From assembly GCA_028826165.1 (NCBI GenBank), contig JAPDFW010000008.1, positions 33,859 through 97,858 of the forward strand: a stretch of 64,000 bases of DNA. The letters are read 5' to 3'. The translations under genes were made by a program, and so were the position numbers. Source of the DNA: Anaeramoeba ignava BMAN. Its lineage: Eukaryota; Protista; Anaeramoebae. Positions 24,860 to 35,475 of this stretch are shown piece after piece (positions within the stretch are counted from its first letter, which is position 1; each line of letters begins with the position of its first letter). The notes beneath the pieces are model-generated. The model was not told the origin of the DNA and ran no database searches. It saw only the letters and a program-made list of their open reading frames with translations.

Positions 24860-26491
24860 TTATTTATTTGAATTTTCAATTAAATGATTCATTCTTGGAT
24901 TTAATTGGTAATAATCAATTATATCTTGAAAATCATTAATAACTTCAATAGGTGTATCTGAATCAAATGTTCCAAAATACATTAACTTAATAATTGATTT
25001 AATTTCAACTGGTGTTCTGTTATTATAATCACTAACTTGATTTGAAGAATCTGTAACGCTGATAAACATTCCTCGAAATAAATCACTTCTAACAAGTAAT
25101 ATAAATTTATGAACTTTGATTTCTTCATTTTGACAAATAATTTTAAAATCTTTGGTTTCTTCTTCATAAAATAATTCACTAAAATCTTTTTCTAAATTAT
25201 TTATTCCTCCAGTTTTTTCAATAATATTTTGGATTTTAAATTCTTCTTCAATTTCTCTTAAAATAAGATAATTTTTTGTTGTTCCAGTATAAATGAATTC
25301 TAAAAATTCTTGAATTTCTTTGATTGTTTTTGTTTCAAGAAATTCTAATAACTTTTCAATTAAAATTTCATTTTTAATGCAAATTCTTTGTTCAATAAAT
25401 ATTTTATGAGCAGAAATAACTCCATCAATTCCTTTTATATTAACATCAACTAAATCATTTAAAGATAAAGCACGTTGTAGATCTTCTTGAAGAACAGAAA
25501 AAGTAAGAGAAACTGAATAGATTATAGAATTACTTCTTCCTGTTTCAATCATTAAGTGTTTATGTTTATTATTGAGCTTTAAAGATTCTTTTTGTGGATA
25601 TGGTTTATAATCTTTATCTGAATTTGGAAGATATAATTCTAAATCTTCAGTTAATAAAGAAGCATCCCAACAACATCCAGAAACACAAGATACTCTTTTA
25701 TCATTAAATCCTTCAACTTTTCTAAAACTTCCATTACTTGGTTGAAAAGTTCCACCTGCAATCCAAATTTCATGAAATCCTTTTTCGTTTTCAATAATTG
25801 CTATTGAATGTTGATATGAACAAGAAATCATTATTACTTTCTTATCACATAAATCAGGAACAAGTTGATAACCTTTAACAGATGATTTTGAATTAATTCC
25901 TAATTGTCCAGCTCCATTTCTTCCTGATGAGTAAAAATTTCCTGAAAAATCTTGAAAGAAAAAATGAAAAGCATAATCATCACTAAATACTCTTGAAACA
26001 TTTTTAGAAACAAAAATAGGAATCCATATATTACTATCTCCACTCACTCCAGTTTCACAATCAATATTATATCCACAACTATATAAATCGTTGTTTGAAG
26101 TAATGAAATAAGATTGATAACAACCACATGCAATATCTTTAATAAAAATTTTTTTTTCAATAAAAAATTCAATTCTTTTTGGTGAATCAAGTGATTGACT
26201 TGAATTTCCATGACCTTGATGTCCATAAGTATTTCTTCCATAACTATAAACTGTTCCATCAGATTTGAGAATCAAAAAATGTTCGAAACTTACTCGAGCT
26301 TTTACAACATCTTCAAGTGAAAGTTTTTTAATATTTTGATTTGATTCTTGATATTCATAAAGTTTTCCATTTGTTGTTGTTATCATTGTTCCTGGTGTTC
26401 CACTTGATATTTCTTTGATTTCTTCTTCAATATTAATATTTAAAGGTTTTATATCTGTTCCTTTATTTTGAAAAATCCAAAGTTCATTCAT
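24860..26491 (-). CDS. RCC1-repeat plus tandem BTB protein, copy C (543 aa, intronless)
   Basis: YSYGRNTYGHQG, IKDIACGCYQS, SSGRNGAGQLG, VISAHKIFI, KDFKIICQNEEIKVHKFILLVRSDLFRGMF. Confidence 0.92.
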   Translation of the reverse strand: MNELWIFQNKGTDIKPLNINIEEEIKEISSGTPGTMITTTNGKLYEYQESNQNIKKLSLEDVVKARVSFEHFLILKSDGTVYSYGRNTYGHQGHGNSSQSLDSPKRIEFFIEKKIFIKDIACGCYQSYFITSNNDLYSCGYNIDCETGVSGDSNIWIPIFVSKNVSRVFSDDYAFHFFFQDFSGNFYSSGRNGAGQLGINSKSSVKGYQLVPDLCDKKVIMISCSYQHSIAIIENEKGFHEIWIAGGTFQPSNGSFRKVEGFNDKRVSCVSGCCWDASLLTEDLELYLPNSDKDYKPYPQKESLKLNNKHKHLMIETGRSNSIIYSVSLTFSVLQEDLQRALSLNDLVDVNIKGIDGVISAHKIFIEQRICIKNEILIEKLLEFLETKTIKEIQEFLEFIYTGTTKNYLILREIEEEFKIQNIIEKTGGINNLEKDFSELFYEEETKDFKIICQNEEIKVHKFILLVRSDLFRGMFISVTDSSNQVSDYNNRTPVEIKSIIKLMYFGTFDSDTPIEVINDFQDIIDYYQLNPRMNHLIENSNK

Positions 26492-26499
26492 TTAAAAAA

Positions 26500-26545
26500 A
26501 ATATGAAAAAAAATGAAAAAAATGAAAAAAATGAAAAAAATGATT
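26500..26545 (-). promoter_or_regulatory. Tandem T-rich TCA initiator-like motifs (TTTTTTCATTTTT)n; example of a window-wide element
   Basis: The same motif lies on the sense strand shortly upstream of most ATGs, e.g. 4360, 18713, 23895, 28240, 31210-31260, 33220, 39270, 45160, 52385, 52583, 54741. Confidence 0.6.
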
Positions 26546-26600
26546 TTTGAATTTTAATTTTTATTTTTATTGAATTTATTTTGAATTTGAATTTTGATTA

Positions 26601-28229
26601 TTATTTATTTGAATTTTCGATTAAATGATTCATTCTTGGATTTAATTGGTAATAATCAATTATATCTTGAAAATCATTAATAACTTCAATAGGTGTATCT
26701 GAATCAAATGTTCCAAAATACATTAACTTAATAATTGATTTAATTTCAACTGGTGTTCTGTTATTATAATCACTAACTTGATTTGAAGAATCTGTAACGC
26801 TGATAAACATTCCTCGAAATAAATCACTTCTAACAAGTAATATAAATTTATGAACTTTGATTTCTTCATTTTGACAAATAATTTTGAAATCTTTGGTTTC
26901 TTCTTCATAAAATAATTCACTAAAATCTTTTTCTAAATTATTTATTCCTCCAGTTTTTTCAATAATATTTTGGATTTTAAATTCTTCTTCAATTTCTCTT
27001 AAAATAAGATAATTTTTTGTTGTTCCAGTATAAATGAATTCTAAAAATTCTTGAATTTCTTTGATTGTTTTTGTCTCAAGAAATTCTAATAATTTTTCAA
27101 TTAAAATTTCATTTTTAATGCAAATTCTTTGTTCAATAAATATTTTATGAGCAGAAATAACTCCATCAATTCCTTTTATATTAACATCAACTAAATCATT
27201 TAAAGATAAAGCACGTTGTAAATCTTCTTGAAGAACAGAAAAAGTAAGAGAAACTGAATAGATTATAGAATTACTTCTTCCTGTTTCAATCATTAAGTGT
27301 TTATGTTTATTATTGAGTTTTAAAGATTCTTTTTGTGGATATGGTTTATAATCTTTATCTGAATTTGGAAGATATAATTCTAAATCTTCAGTTAATAAAG
27401 AAGCATCCCAACAACATCCAGAAACACAAGATACTCTTTTATCATTAAATCCTTCAACTTTTCTAAAACTTCCATTACTTGGTTGAAAAGTTCCACCTGC
27501 AATCCAAATTTCATGAAATCCTTTTTCATTTTCAATAATTGCTATTGAATGTTGATATGAACAAGAAATCATTATTACTTTCTTATCACATAAATCAGGA
27601 ACAAGTTGATAACCTTTAACAGATGATTTTGAATTAATTCCTAATTGTCCAGCTCCATTTCTTCCTGATGAGTAAAAATTTCCTGAAAAATCTTGAAAGA
27701 AAAAATGAAAAGCATAATCATCACTAAATACTCTTGAAACATTTTTAGAAACAAAAATAGGAATCCATATGTTACTACCTCCACTCACTCCAGTTTCACA
27801 ATTAACATTATATCCACAACTATATAAATCGTTGTTTGAAGTAATGAAATAAGATTGATAACAACCACATGCAATATCTTTAATAAAAATTTTTTTTTCA
27901 ATAAAAAATTCAATTCTTTTTGGTGAATCAAGTGATTGACTTGAATTTCCATGACCTTGATGTCCATAAGTATTTCTTCCATAACTATAAACTGTTCCAT
28001 CAGATTTGAGAATCAAAAAATGTTCATAGCTTACTCGAGCTTTTACAACATCTTCAAGTGAAAGTTTTTTAATATTTTGATTTGATTGATATTCATAAAG
28101 TTTTCCATTTGTTGTTGTTATCATTGTTCCTGGTGTTCCACTTGATATTTCTTTGATTTCTTCTTCAATATTAATATTTAAAGGTTTTATATCTGTTCCT
28201 TTATTTTGAAAAATCCAAAGTTCATTCAT
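26601..28229 (-). CDS. RCC1-repeat plus tandem BTB protein, copy D (542 aa), near-identical tandem duplicate of copy C
   Basis: Same motifs. The duplication unit is about 1.74 kb and includes the flanks. Confidence 0.92.
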   Translation of the reverse strand: MNELWIFQNKGTDIKPLNINIEEEIKEISSGTPGTMITTTNGKLYEYQSNQNIKKLSLEDVVKARVSYEHFLILKSDGTVYSYGRNTYGHQGHGNSSQSLDSPKRIEFFIEKKIFIKDIACGCYQSYFITSNNDLYSCGYNVNCETGVSGGSNIWIPIFVSKNVSRVFSDDYAFHFFFQDFSGNFYSSGRNGAGQLGINSKSSVKGYQLVPDLCDKKVIMISCSYQHSIAIIENEKGFHEIWIAGGTFQPSNGSFRKVEGFNDKRVSCVSGCCWDASLLTEDLELYLPNSDKDYKPYPQKESLKLNNKHKHLMIETGRSNSIIYSVSLTFSVLQEDLQRALSLNDLVDVNIKGIDGVISAHKIFIEQRICIKNEILIEKLLEFLETKTIKEIQEFLEFIYTGTTKNYLILREIEEEFKIQNIIEKTGGINNLEKDFSELFYEEETKDFKIICQNEEIKVHKFILLVRSDLFRGMFISVTDSSNQVSDYNNRTPVEIKSIIKLMYFGTFDSDTPIEVINDFQDIIDYYQLNPRMNHLIENSNK

Positions 28230-28384
28230 TTAAGAAAAAAATATGAAAAAAAATGAAAAAAAATGAAAAAAATGATTTTTGAATTTTAATTTTTATTTTT
28301 ATTGAATTTGATCAAAAAATTCAAAAAAAAAACTCCAATTAAAATTCAAAAAAGAAATCCAAGTAAAATTCAAAAAAGAAATTC

Positions 28385-29120
28385 AATTTAAAAATCAAAA
28401 TTAAAATCAAAATTAAAATTAAATTTAAAATTGGAATTGAAATTATAATTAATATTAAAATTGAAATTAATATTGAAATTAAAATTAAAATTGAAATTAA
28501 TATTAAAATTAAAATTGAAATTAGAATTAGAATTAAAATTGAAATTAAATTTGAAATTGAAATAGAAATTAAAATTAAAATTGAATTTGAAATTAAATTT
28601 GAAATTAAAATTGAAATTAAAATTAATAATCAAAATTAAATTTAAAATTAAAATTGAAATTAAAATTAAAATTAAATTTAAAATTGGAATTGAAATTATA
28701 ATTAAAATTGAAATTAAATTGAAATTGATATTGAAATTGAAATCGAAATCGAAATTAAAATTAAATTTGAAATTGAAATTGAAATTAATATTGAAATTAA
28801 AATTAAATTTGAAATTGAAATTGAAATTGAAATTAAAATTGAAATTAAAATTAAATTGAAATTAAAATTAAAATTAAAATTAAAATTTAAAATTAAAATT
28901 AAAATTGAAATTGAATTTAAAATTGAAATTAAAATTAGAATTAAAATTAAAATTAAAATTAAAATTAAAAATTAAATTAATATTGAAATAGAAATTAAAT
29001 TTGAAATTGAAATTAAATAGAAATTAAAATTGAAATTAAAATTAAAATTGAATTAATTTGAATTTAAAATTTGGAATTTGGAATTTAAAATTTGGGGTTT
29101 AAAATTTGGAATTAAAATTG
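28385..29120. repeat. (AAATTA/AAATTG)n intergenic hexamer satellite
   Basis: Seen directly. Confidence 0.9.
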
Positions 29121-29125
29121 AATAA

Positions 29126-31183
29126 TTAATCCCAATCCTCTGGATTATCATCATTTCTTTCATCAGCATCATCAGATAACTCCAATCTATCAAGAGGAGT
29201 TTGATGACCAAAAATAGGGTTTGAATTTTCTGGTAAATCACCCAAATGACCACTAATACCGACTCTTCTAATTTGAAGATGATTAACGAGTTCATCAACA
29301 ATACTTGGGGGACTATCAGCTTTTTTCTTAATAGAAGTTTTAGGAAGTGGACGATTACTTGCTTTCTTTAATTCTGTTCCTTTTCGAATAGCTGCAAGAA
29401 GATCTGCTCTTTCTGTTGTGATTTCTGGTACATAACTTGGATTCCCAGAGTTGTCTAATGGCGGTGGTGGTCCTCCTGTTGGTGGTGGTGGTATTCCTAT
29501 TGGTGGTGGTGGTCCTCCACTTATGTTCATTGTTTGATTATCAATTGGTGGTGGTGGTAAATCATTTTCTAGAAATGGTGGTGGTGGCACTATTAATTAT
29601 TAATATTTATTAATTTTAATTTTGATTTTAATTTTAATTTTAATTTTAATTATAATTTCAATATTAATTTATAAATGAATTTTAATTTTAATTTTAATTT
29701 TAATTTGAATTTTAATTTTGATTTTAATTTTAATTTTAATTTTAATTTTAATTTTAATTTTAATTTTAATTTTAATTTTAATTTTAACTTTGATTTTAAT
29801 TTTGATTTTAATTCCAATTTTAATTTTAATTTTAATATTGATTTTAATTTTAATTTTGATTTTAATTTTAATTTTAATTTTAATTTTAATATTAATTTCA
29901 ATTTTAATTTTAATTTTAATTTAAATTTTAATTTTAATTTTAAATTTTAATTTTAAATTTTAATTTTAATTTTAATTTTAAATTTAAAATGAATTTTAAT
30001 TTTAAAATAAATTTGATTTACACTCCTCATTAGTTTTCTCAGTATTTGAGTTTGTTTGATTTGTTGAGTTAGACATTGCGGAAAGATTTCCTTCAAAAGC
30101 AGTAGGAGCAATAGAAGTCTGAGAGATAATTCCACTAAAAGAAACATTATTAGCAATATTAACCAACTCAAGAGTAGTTGGAAGATTATCAATAGGGGCT
30201 TCCTTTGCAGTAGGGATATAAATATGTGTGAGACGATTAAGCTCAGGCAGAGAATCTCTATCAATAAGAGTAGTGGGTGCCTCGGCTAAATTCATGATGT
30301 TTTGCTTATCTACTAAACTCATCTCAGCCGTTGGTCCAAGAAGATTGTCAATCAATTTGTATTCCCGATAAGGGTTTTCTGAAGAGTTAAACAGTAGAAA
30401 GTTGCTCACAAATCTTAAGGTCGTTGGCAATCTTCCTAGTCCTTGATGCTTCTGTATTTTTTCTTGTTTTTTTAGATCCTTTTTGATGTTCATCTTCGTG
30501 ATTTGCTCCAATGGAATTAACACAGGAACTGTTTCTTCTGTTAAATGTACTTCGCTGAAATTTGCCGTCTTTTTCTCCGCTTCATTATATATTGTCTGGT
30601 AATGCGGTAGATCGCTTTTTGCGGGATATTTCGAACTCGAAAAAACTGTTATTGAATCAGTACTTTTTCCAAGTGCTTCAATTTTGTTCTTTTTTTTTGG
30701 ATATTTTTATTATATTTTTATTTTATTATTATTTGTGGTTTTTTTGTGTTTGTGATGTTTTTATAAAATACCTTTGCCTCGCTTATTCTATTATTGATTG
30801 AAACAAGTTTATTTTTTTCTTCCGAAATCTTTTTTTTTAAATTAAATTTTTTAAATTAAATTTTTTAAATTAAATTTTTTAAATTAAATTTTTTAAATTA
30901 AATTTTTTAAATTAAATTTTTTAAATTAAATTTTTAAATTAATTTTTTTAATAAATTTTTTAATAAAATTTTAATTTACTCTGTTATTAATTTTCGCAAA
31001 TACTTCATTCACAACTGTTCCAAGAAATTCTAAAGATTCACATGTTGAAATTATTGCTTGAGTTTGAGAAAGAGTATGTGGAATAACTTTATAAATTAAA
31101 ATAAAATAAAATAAAAAACGTTTTTTGAAAATTTAAAAAATAGAAAATTTACGAGGAACATCATAAGCTTGAGCGTTTGTCAT
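29126..31183 (-). CDS. WASHC1: WASH complex subunit 1 (Arp2/3 nucleation-promoting factor), about 441 aa. Exons 31183-31153, 31086-30980, 30828-30772, 30688-30022, 29589-29126
   Basis: WAHD motifs YDVPLI, EVFAKINNRI, ITVFSSSKYP, GLGRLP..VSNFLLFNSSENPYREYKLIDNL, LAEAPTT. Polyproline region, WH2 ERADLLAAIRKGTELKK, C-region LVNHLQIRRVGISG, acidic EDWD end. Confidence 0.93.
29595..30005. repeat. (AATTTT)n satellite in the last WASH1 intron
   Basis: Seen directly. Confidence 0.9.
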
Positions 31184-31294
31184 TTTTTTAGAAATGAATT
31201 AAAGAAAAAGTTGAAATGAAAAAAAATGAAATGAAAAAAATGAAATGAAAAAAATGAAAAGAAAAAAATTGAAAAAAATTTTTTTGTTTCTTTT

Positions 31295-33188
31295 TTAAAC
31301 TCCAGTAACATAAAAAGTGGAAGAAGCAATTCCACAATTATTATTCCTATCTTTCGACATCCAAATATAACCATCAAGACCCCAATCAACACCCCAAGAA
31401 TTTTTAACAATCCAATAGTTCTGGTCCTGATCAACACCATAACCGACAACAACAACGGCATGATCCAATTCAGTCGAACTGCAATCAGCTTCATAATAAA
31501 CACCGCCAGTATAAACCTGGAAACTAAAGTGGCTAGCATCAATAGCAGCGGATAAGGGGCCGTATTGGGCGCAAGCATTTGCCATTGAATTTTCATCACC
31601 TTCTGTGATCTGGACATATCCCCCAATTTTAGTAACTGCTTGACAGCTACCGTTTTTACATGTTCCCTTTTGGTTCGTTACTGGATAATCTCCTGCTGAA
31701 CATAATCCGTTCGTTTCTACAAATTCAAATCCTTCTGCAAATGTTCCCCCAAAACATCCTAAAACGCAATCGATTAATTCTTGTTCCGAAAGTGCTGTTA
31801 ATTCTCCTACTTTGATTGCGTGATATGACTCAACTGAACCTGCTATTGATAATGCTAATGACATAGAACACTCTGACCCTTCATTTTTAACTGGTGTTAC
31901 TACCCCTTCTTTTCTCCAATCTACAATTGCATCTTTTGGTTTGTTTGTGTTCTTGTAAACTCCAATTTTATTCGTTTCTGAAATTTTAATTGGTTTAAGG
32001 TAAAGGCTTTGATATTCTGCATTTGTTAGATCTGCAAATTTGTTGATTGAAACTAATTCAAGGAAAATATATTTTATATTTTATTATTTAATATTTATAT
32101 TTAATATTTTATATTTATATTAATATTTTATATTTATTATTTAATATTTATTATTTAATATTTATTATTTATATTTAATATTTTATTATTTATTATTTAA
32201 TATTTAATATTTAATATTTATATTTAATATTTTATATTTTATATTTTATATTTATTATTTAATATTTTATATTTAATATTTAATATTTAATATTTAATAT
32301 TTTATATTTAATATTTAATATTTAATATTTAATATTTAATATTTTTATTTTATATTTAATATTTTATATTTATTATTTTATATTTAATATTTTATATTTA
32401 ATATTTAATATTTAATATTTATTATTTATTATTTATTATTTTATATTTAATATTTAATATTTTATATTTATTATTTAATATTTAATATTTATATTTAATA
32501 TTTATTATTTAATATTTAATATTTATTATTTATTATTTATTATTTATTTACGTTTGTGTTTAATTTCAGGATTTTCATTGCTTTCTTTTATGCGAAGAAC
32601 ATTTTCCTTGAAAATTTGATATCTATGTTCATATTCATCTTCCAAATAATCTTTTTTAAAAACAGTCATAAATCTTTGAAACAAATTTTTGATTATAACT
32701 TCAGTTAAAGGTTCTTGAGAATGAAGCATTCCAAATCTTGGAGCATATTGGCTTCTCATTTTTGGGAAATTTTCTGAATCATCAAAATCTTTAAATCTTC
32801 TTCCAAATCCTTTTCCAAAACCATTTCCAAAACCATTTTCTTGATTTTCTTTAAATCCTCTTCTTTGTTTTTTTCCACCATAAAATGGACATTCTTCTTC
32901 ATCTTCATTAAAACTCTTTAATTCTCTTCCAAATCCTTTTCCAAATCCTTTTTCTTCATCATTTCTTTCTGGATTTCTTCTTCTAAATCTTCTTCTTTCT
33001 TGTTCTTCAAATTTTTTTCCAGTTCGTTTTCTTAATTCTTGTTTTTCAAATTCTTCAAATTTTCTAAATTCTAGTTTTTCTCTTTCAAATGTTTTTCCTA
33101 TTTCTTTTCTTTGTTGTTTTGGTAATTGATCTTGTGAAATTACTATTGTTACTATTAAAAAAAATAAAAATAAAAATAAAAATTTCAT
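31295..33188 (-). CDS. Papain-family (C1A, cathepsin L-like) homologue with catalytic Cys replaced by Ser, about 464 aa. Exons 33188-32552, 32052-31295
   Basis: Signal peptide, I29 prodomain (EYEHRYQIFKENVLRI, SINKFADLT), mature domain VDWRKEGVVTPVKNEGSECSMSLALS, LSEQELIDC, LDHAVVVVGYG, YWIVKNSWG, NNCGIAS. Confidence 0.93.
32065..32550. repeat. A/T-only (ATATTTA)n-type repeat in the cathepsin-like intron
   Basis: Seen directly. Confidence 0.9.
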
Positions 33189-33289
33189 TTGTTTGTTTGT
33201 TTTAAAAAAAAAGGAAAAAAATGAAAAAAATAAAAATAAAATTAAAGATTTGAATAAGTGAATTAAAATTAAAAACTTTTTACACGTTG

Positions 33290-35412
33290 AATTATCTCAT
33301 TCCAAATTTAATAATAAAAATTAATATAAAAAATTAATTAAATTTAATAAATTTATTCTATTTAACTTGAATATAAAAATTATTAATAAATTATAAATTA
33401 AAATTAATAAAGAAAATTAAATAAATTTATTAAATTATTTTAATATAAATTTAATAATTAAAATTAATATAGAAAATTAATTTAATTTAATAAATTTATT
33501 ATAATTAATTTGAATATAAAAATTATTAATAAATTATAAATTAAAATTAATTAAGAAAATGAAATAAATTTATTAAATTATTTTAATATAAATTTAATAA
33601 TTAAAATTAATATAGAAAATTAATTTAATTTAATAAATTTATTGTAATTAATTTGAATATAAAAATTATTAATAAATTATTAATTAAAATTAATAAAAAT
33701 TAAATAAATTTATTAAATTATTTTAATATAAATTTAATAATAAAAATTAATATAGAAAAATTAATTTAATTTAATAAATTTATTCTAATTAATTTGAATA
33801 TAAAAATTATTAATAAATTATAAATTAAAATTAATAAAAAGAAAATTAAATAAATTTATTAAATTATTTTAATATAAATTTAATAATAAAAATTAATATA
33901 AAAATTAATTAAATTTAATAAATTTATTATAATTAATTTTAATATAAAAATTATTAATAAATTATAAATTAAAATTAATAAAGAAAATTAAATAAATTTA
34001 TTAAATTATTTTAATATAAATTTAATAATTAAAATTAATATAAAAATTAATTTAATTTAATAAATTTATTCTATTTAATTTGAATATAAAAATTATTAAT
34101 AAAATTAAAATTAATAATAAAAATTAAATAAATTTATTAAATTATTTTTAATATAAATTTAATAATAAAAATTAATATAGAAAAATTAATTAAATTTAAT
34201 AAATTTATTCTATTTAATTTGAATATAAAAATTATTAATAAATTATAAATTAAAATTAATAAAAGAAAATTAAATAAATTTATTAAATTATTTTAATAAA
34301 AATTTAATAATAAAAATTAATATAAAAATTAATTAAATTTAATAAATTTATTCTATTTAATTTAAATATAAAAATTATTAATAAATTATTAATTAAAATT
34401 AATTAAGAAAATGAAATAAATTTAATAAATTATTTTAATATAAATTTAATAATAAAAATTAATATAGAAAATTAATTAAATTTAATAAATTTATTCTATT
34501 TAATTTGAATATAAAAATTATTAATAAATTATAAATTAAAATTAATTAAGAAAATGAAATAAATTTATTAAATTATTTTAATATAAATTTAATAATAAAA
34601 ATTAATATAGAAAATTAATTTAATTTAATAAATTTATTCTAATTAATTTGAATATAAAAATTATTAATAAATTATAAATTAAAATTAATAAAGAAAATTA
34701 AATAAATTTAATAAATTATTTTAATATAAATTTAATAATTAAAATTAATATAAAAATTAATTAAATTTAATAAATTTATTCTAATTAATTTGAATATAAA
34801 AATTATTAATAAATTATTAATTAAAATTAATTAAGAAAAATTAAATAAATTTAATAAATTATCTCATTCTAAATTTAATAATTAAAATTAATATAGAAAA
34901 TTAATTTAATTTAATAAATTTATTATAATTAATTTGAATATAAAAATTATTAATAAATTATAAATTAAAATAAATAAAGAAAATTAAATAAATTTATTAA
35001 ATTATTTTAATATAAATTTAATAATAAAAATTAATAAAGAAAATTAATTAAATTTAATAAATTTATTATAATTAATTTGAATATAAAAATTATTAATAAA
35101 TTATAAATTAAAATAAATAAAGAAAATTAAATAAATTTATTAAATTATTTTAATATAAATTTAATAATAAAAATTAATAAAGAAAATTAATTTAATTTAA
35201 TAAATTTATTATAATTAATTTGAATATAAAAATTATTAATAAATTATAAATTAAAATAAATAAAGAAAATTAAATAAATTTAATAAATTATTTTAATATA
35301 AATTTAATAATAAAAATTAATATAGAAAATTAATTAAATTTAATAAATTTATTCTAATTAATTTGAATATAAAAATTATTAATAAATTATAAATTAAAAT
35401 AAATTTAATAAA
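33290..35412. repeat. About 143-bp tandem satellite, roughly 15 copies, intergenic
   Basis: AATTTAATAAT(A/T)AAAATTAATA and TTGAATATAAAAATTATTAATAAATT recur about every 141-145 bp. Confidence 0.92.
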
Positions 35413-35475
35413 TTCCCCAGTGTGCTTACAAACTTAAAAATTATTTTATTTTTGTAAAAAAAAAAAGTGAAAATT

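Noticed and set aside
33290-35412. CRISPR-like array (also 6751-7610)
   Set aside because: The units are fully repeated with no unique spacers, there are no cas genes, and the context is eukaryotic.
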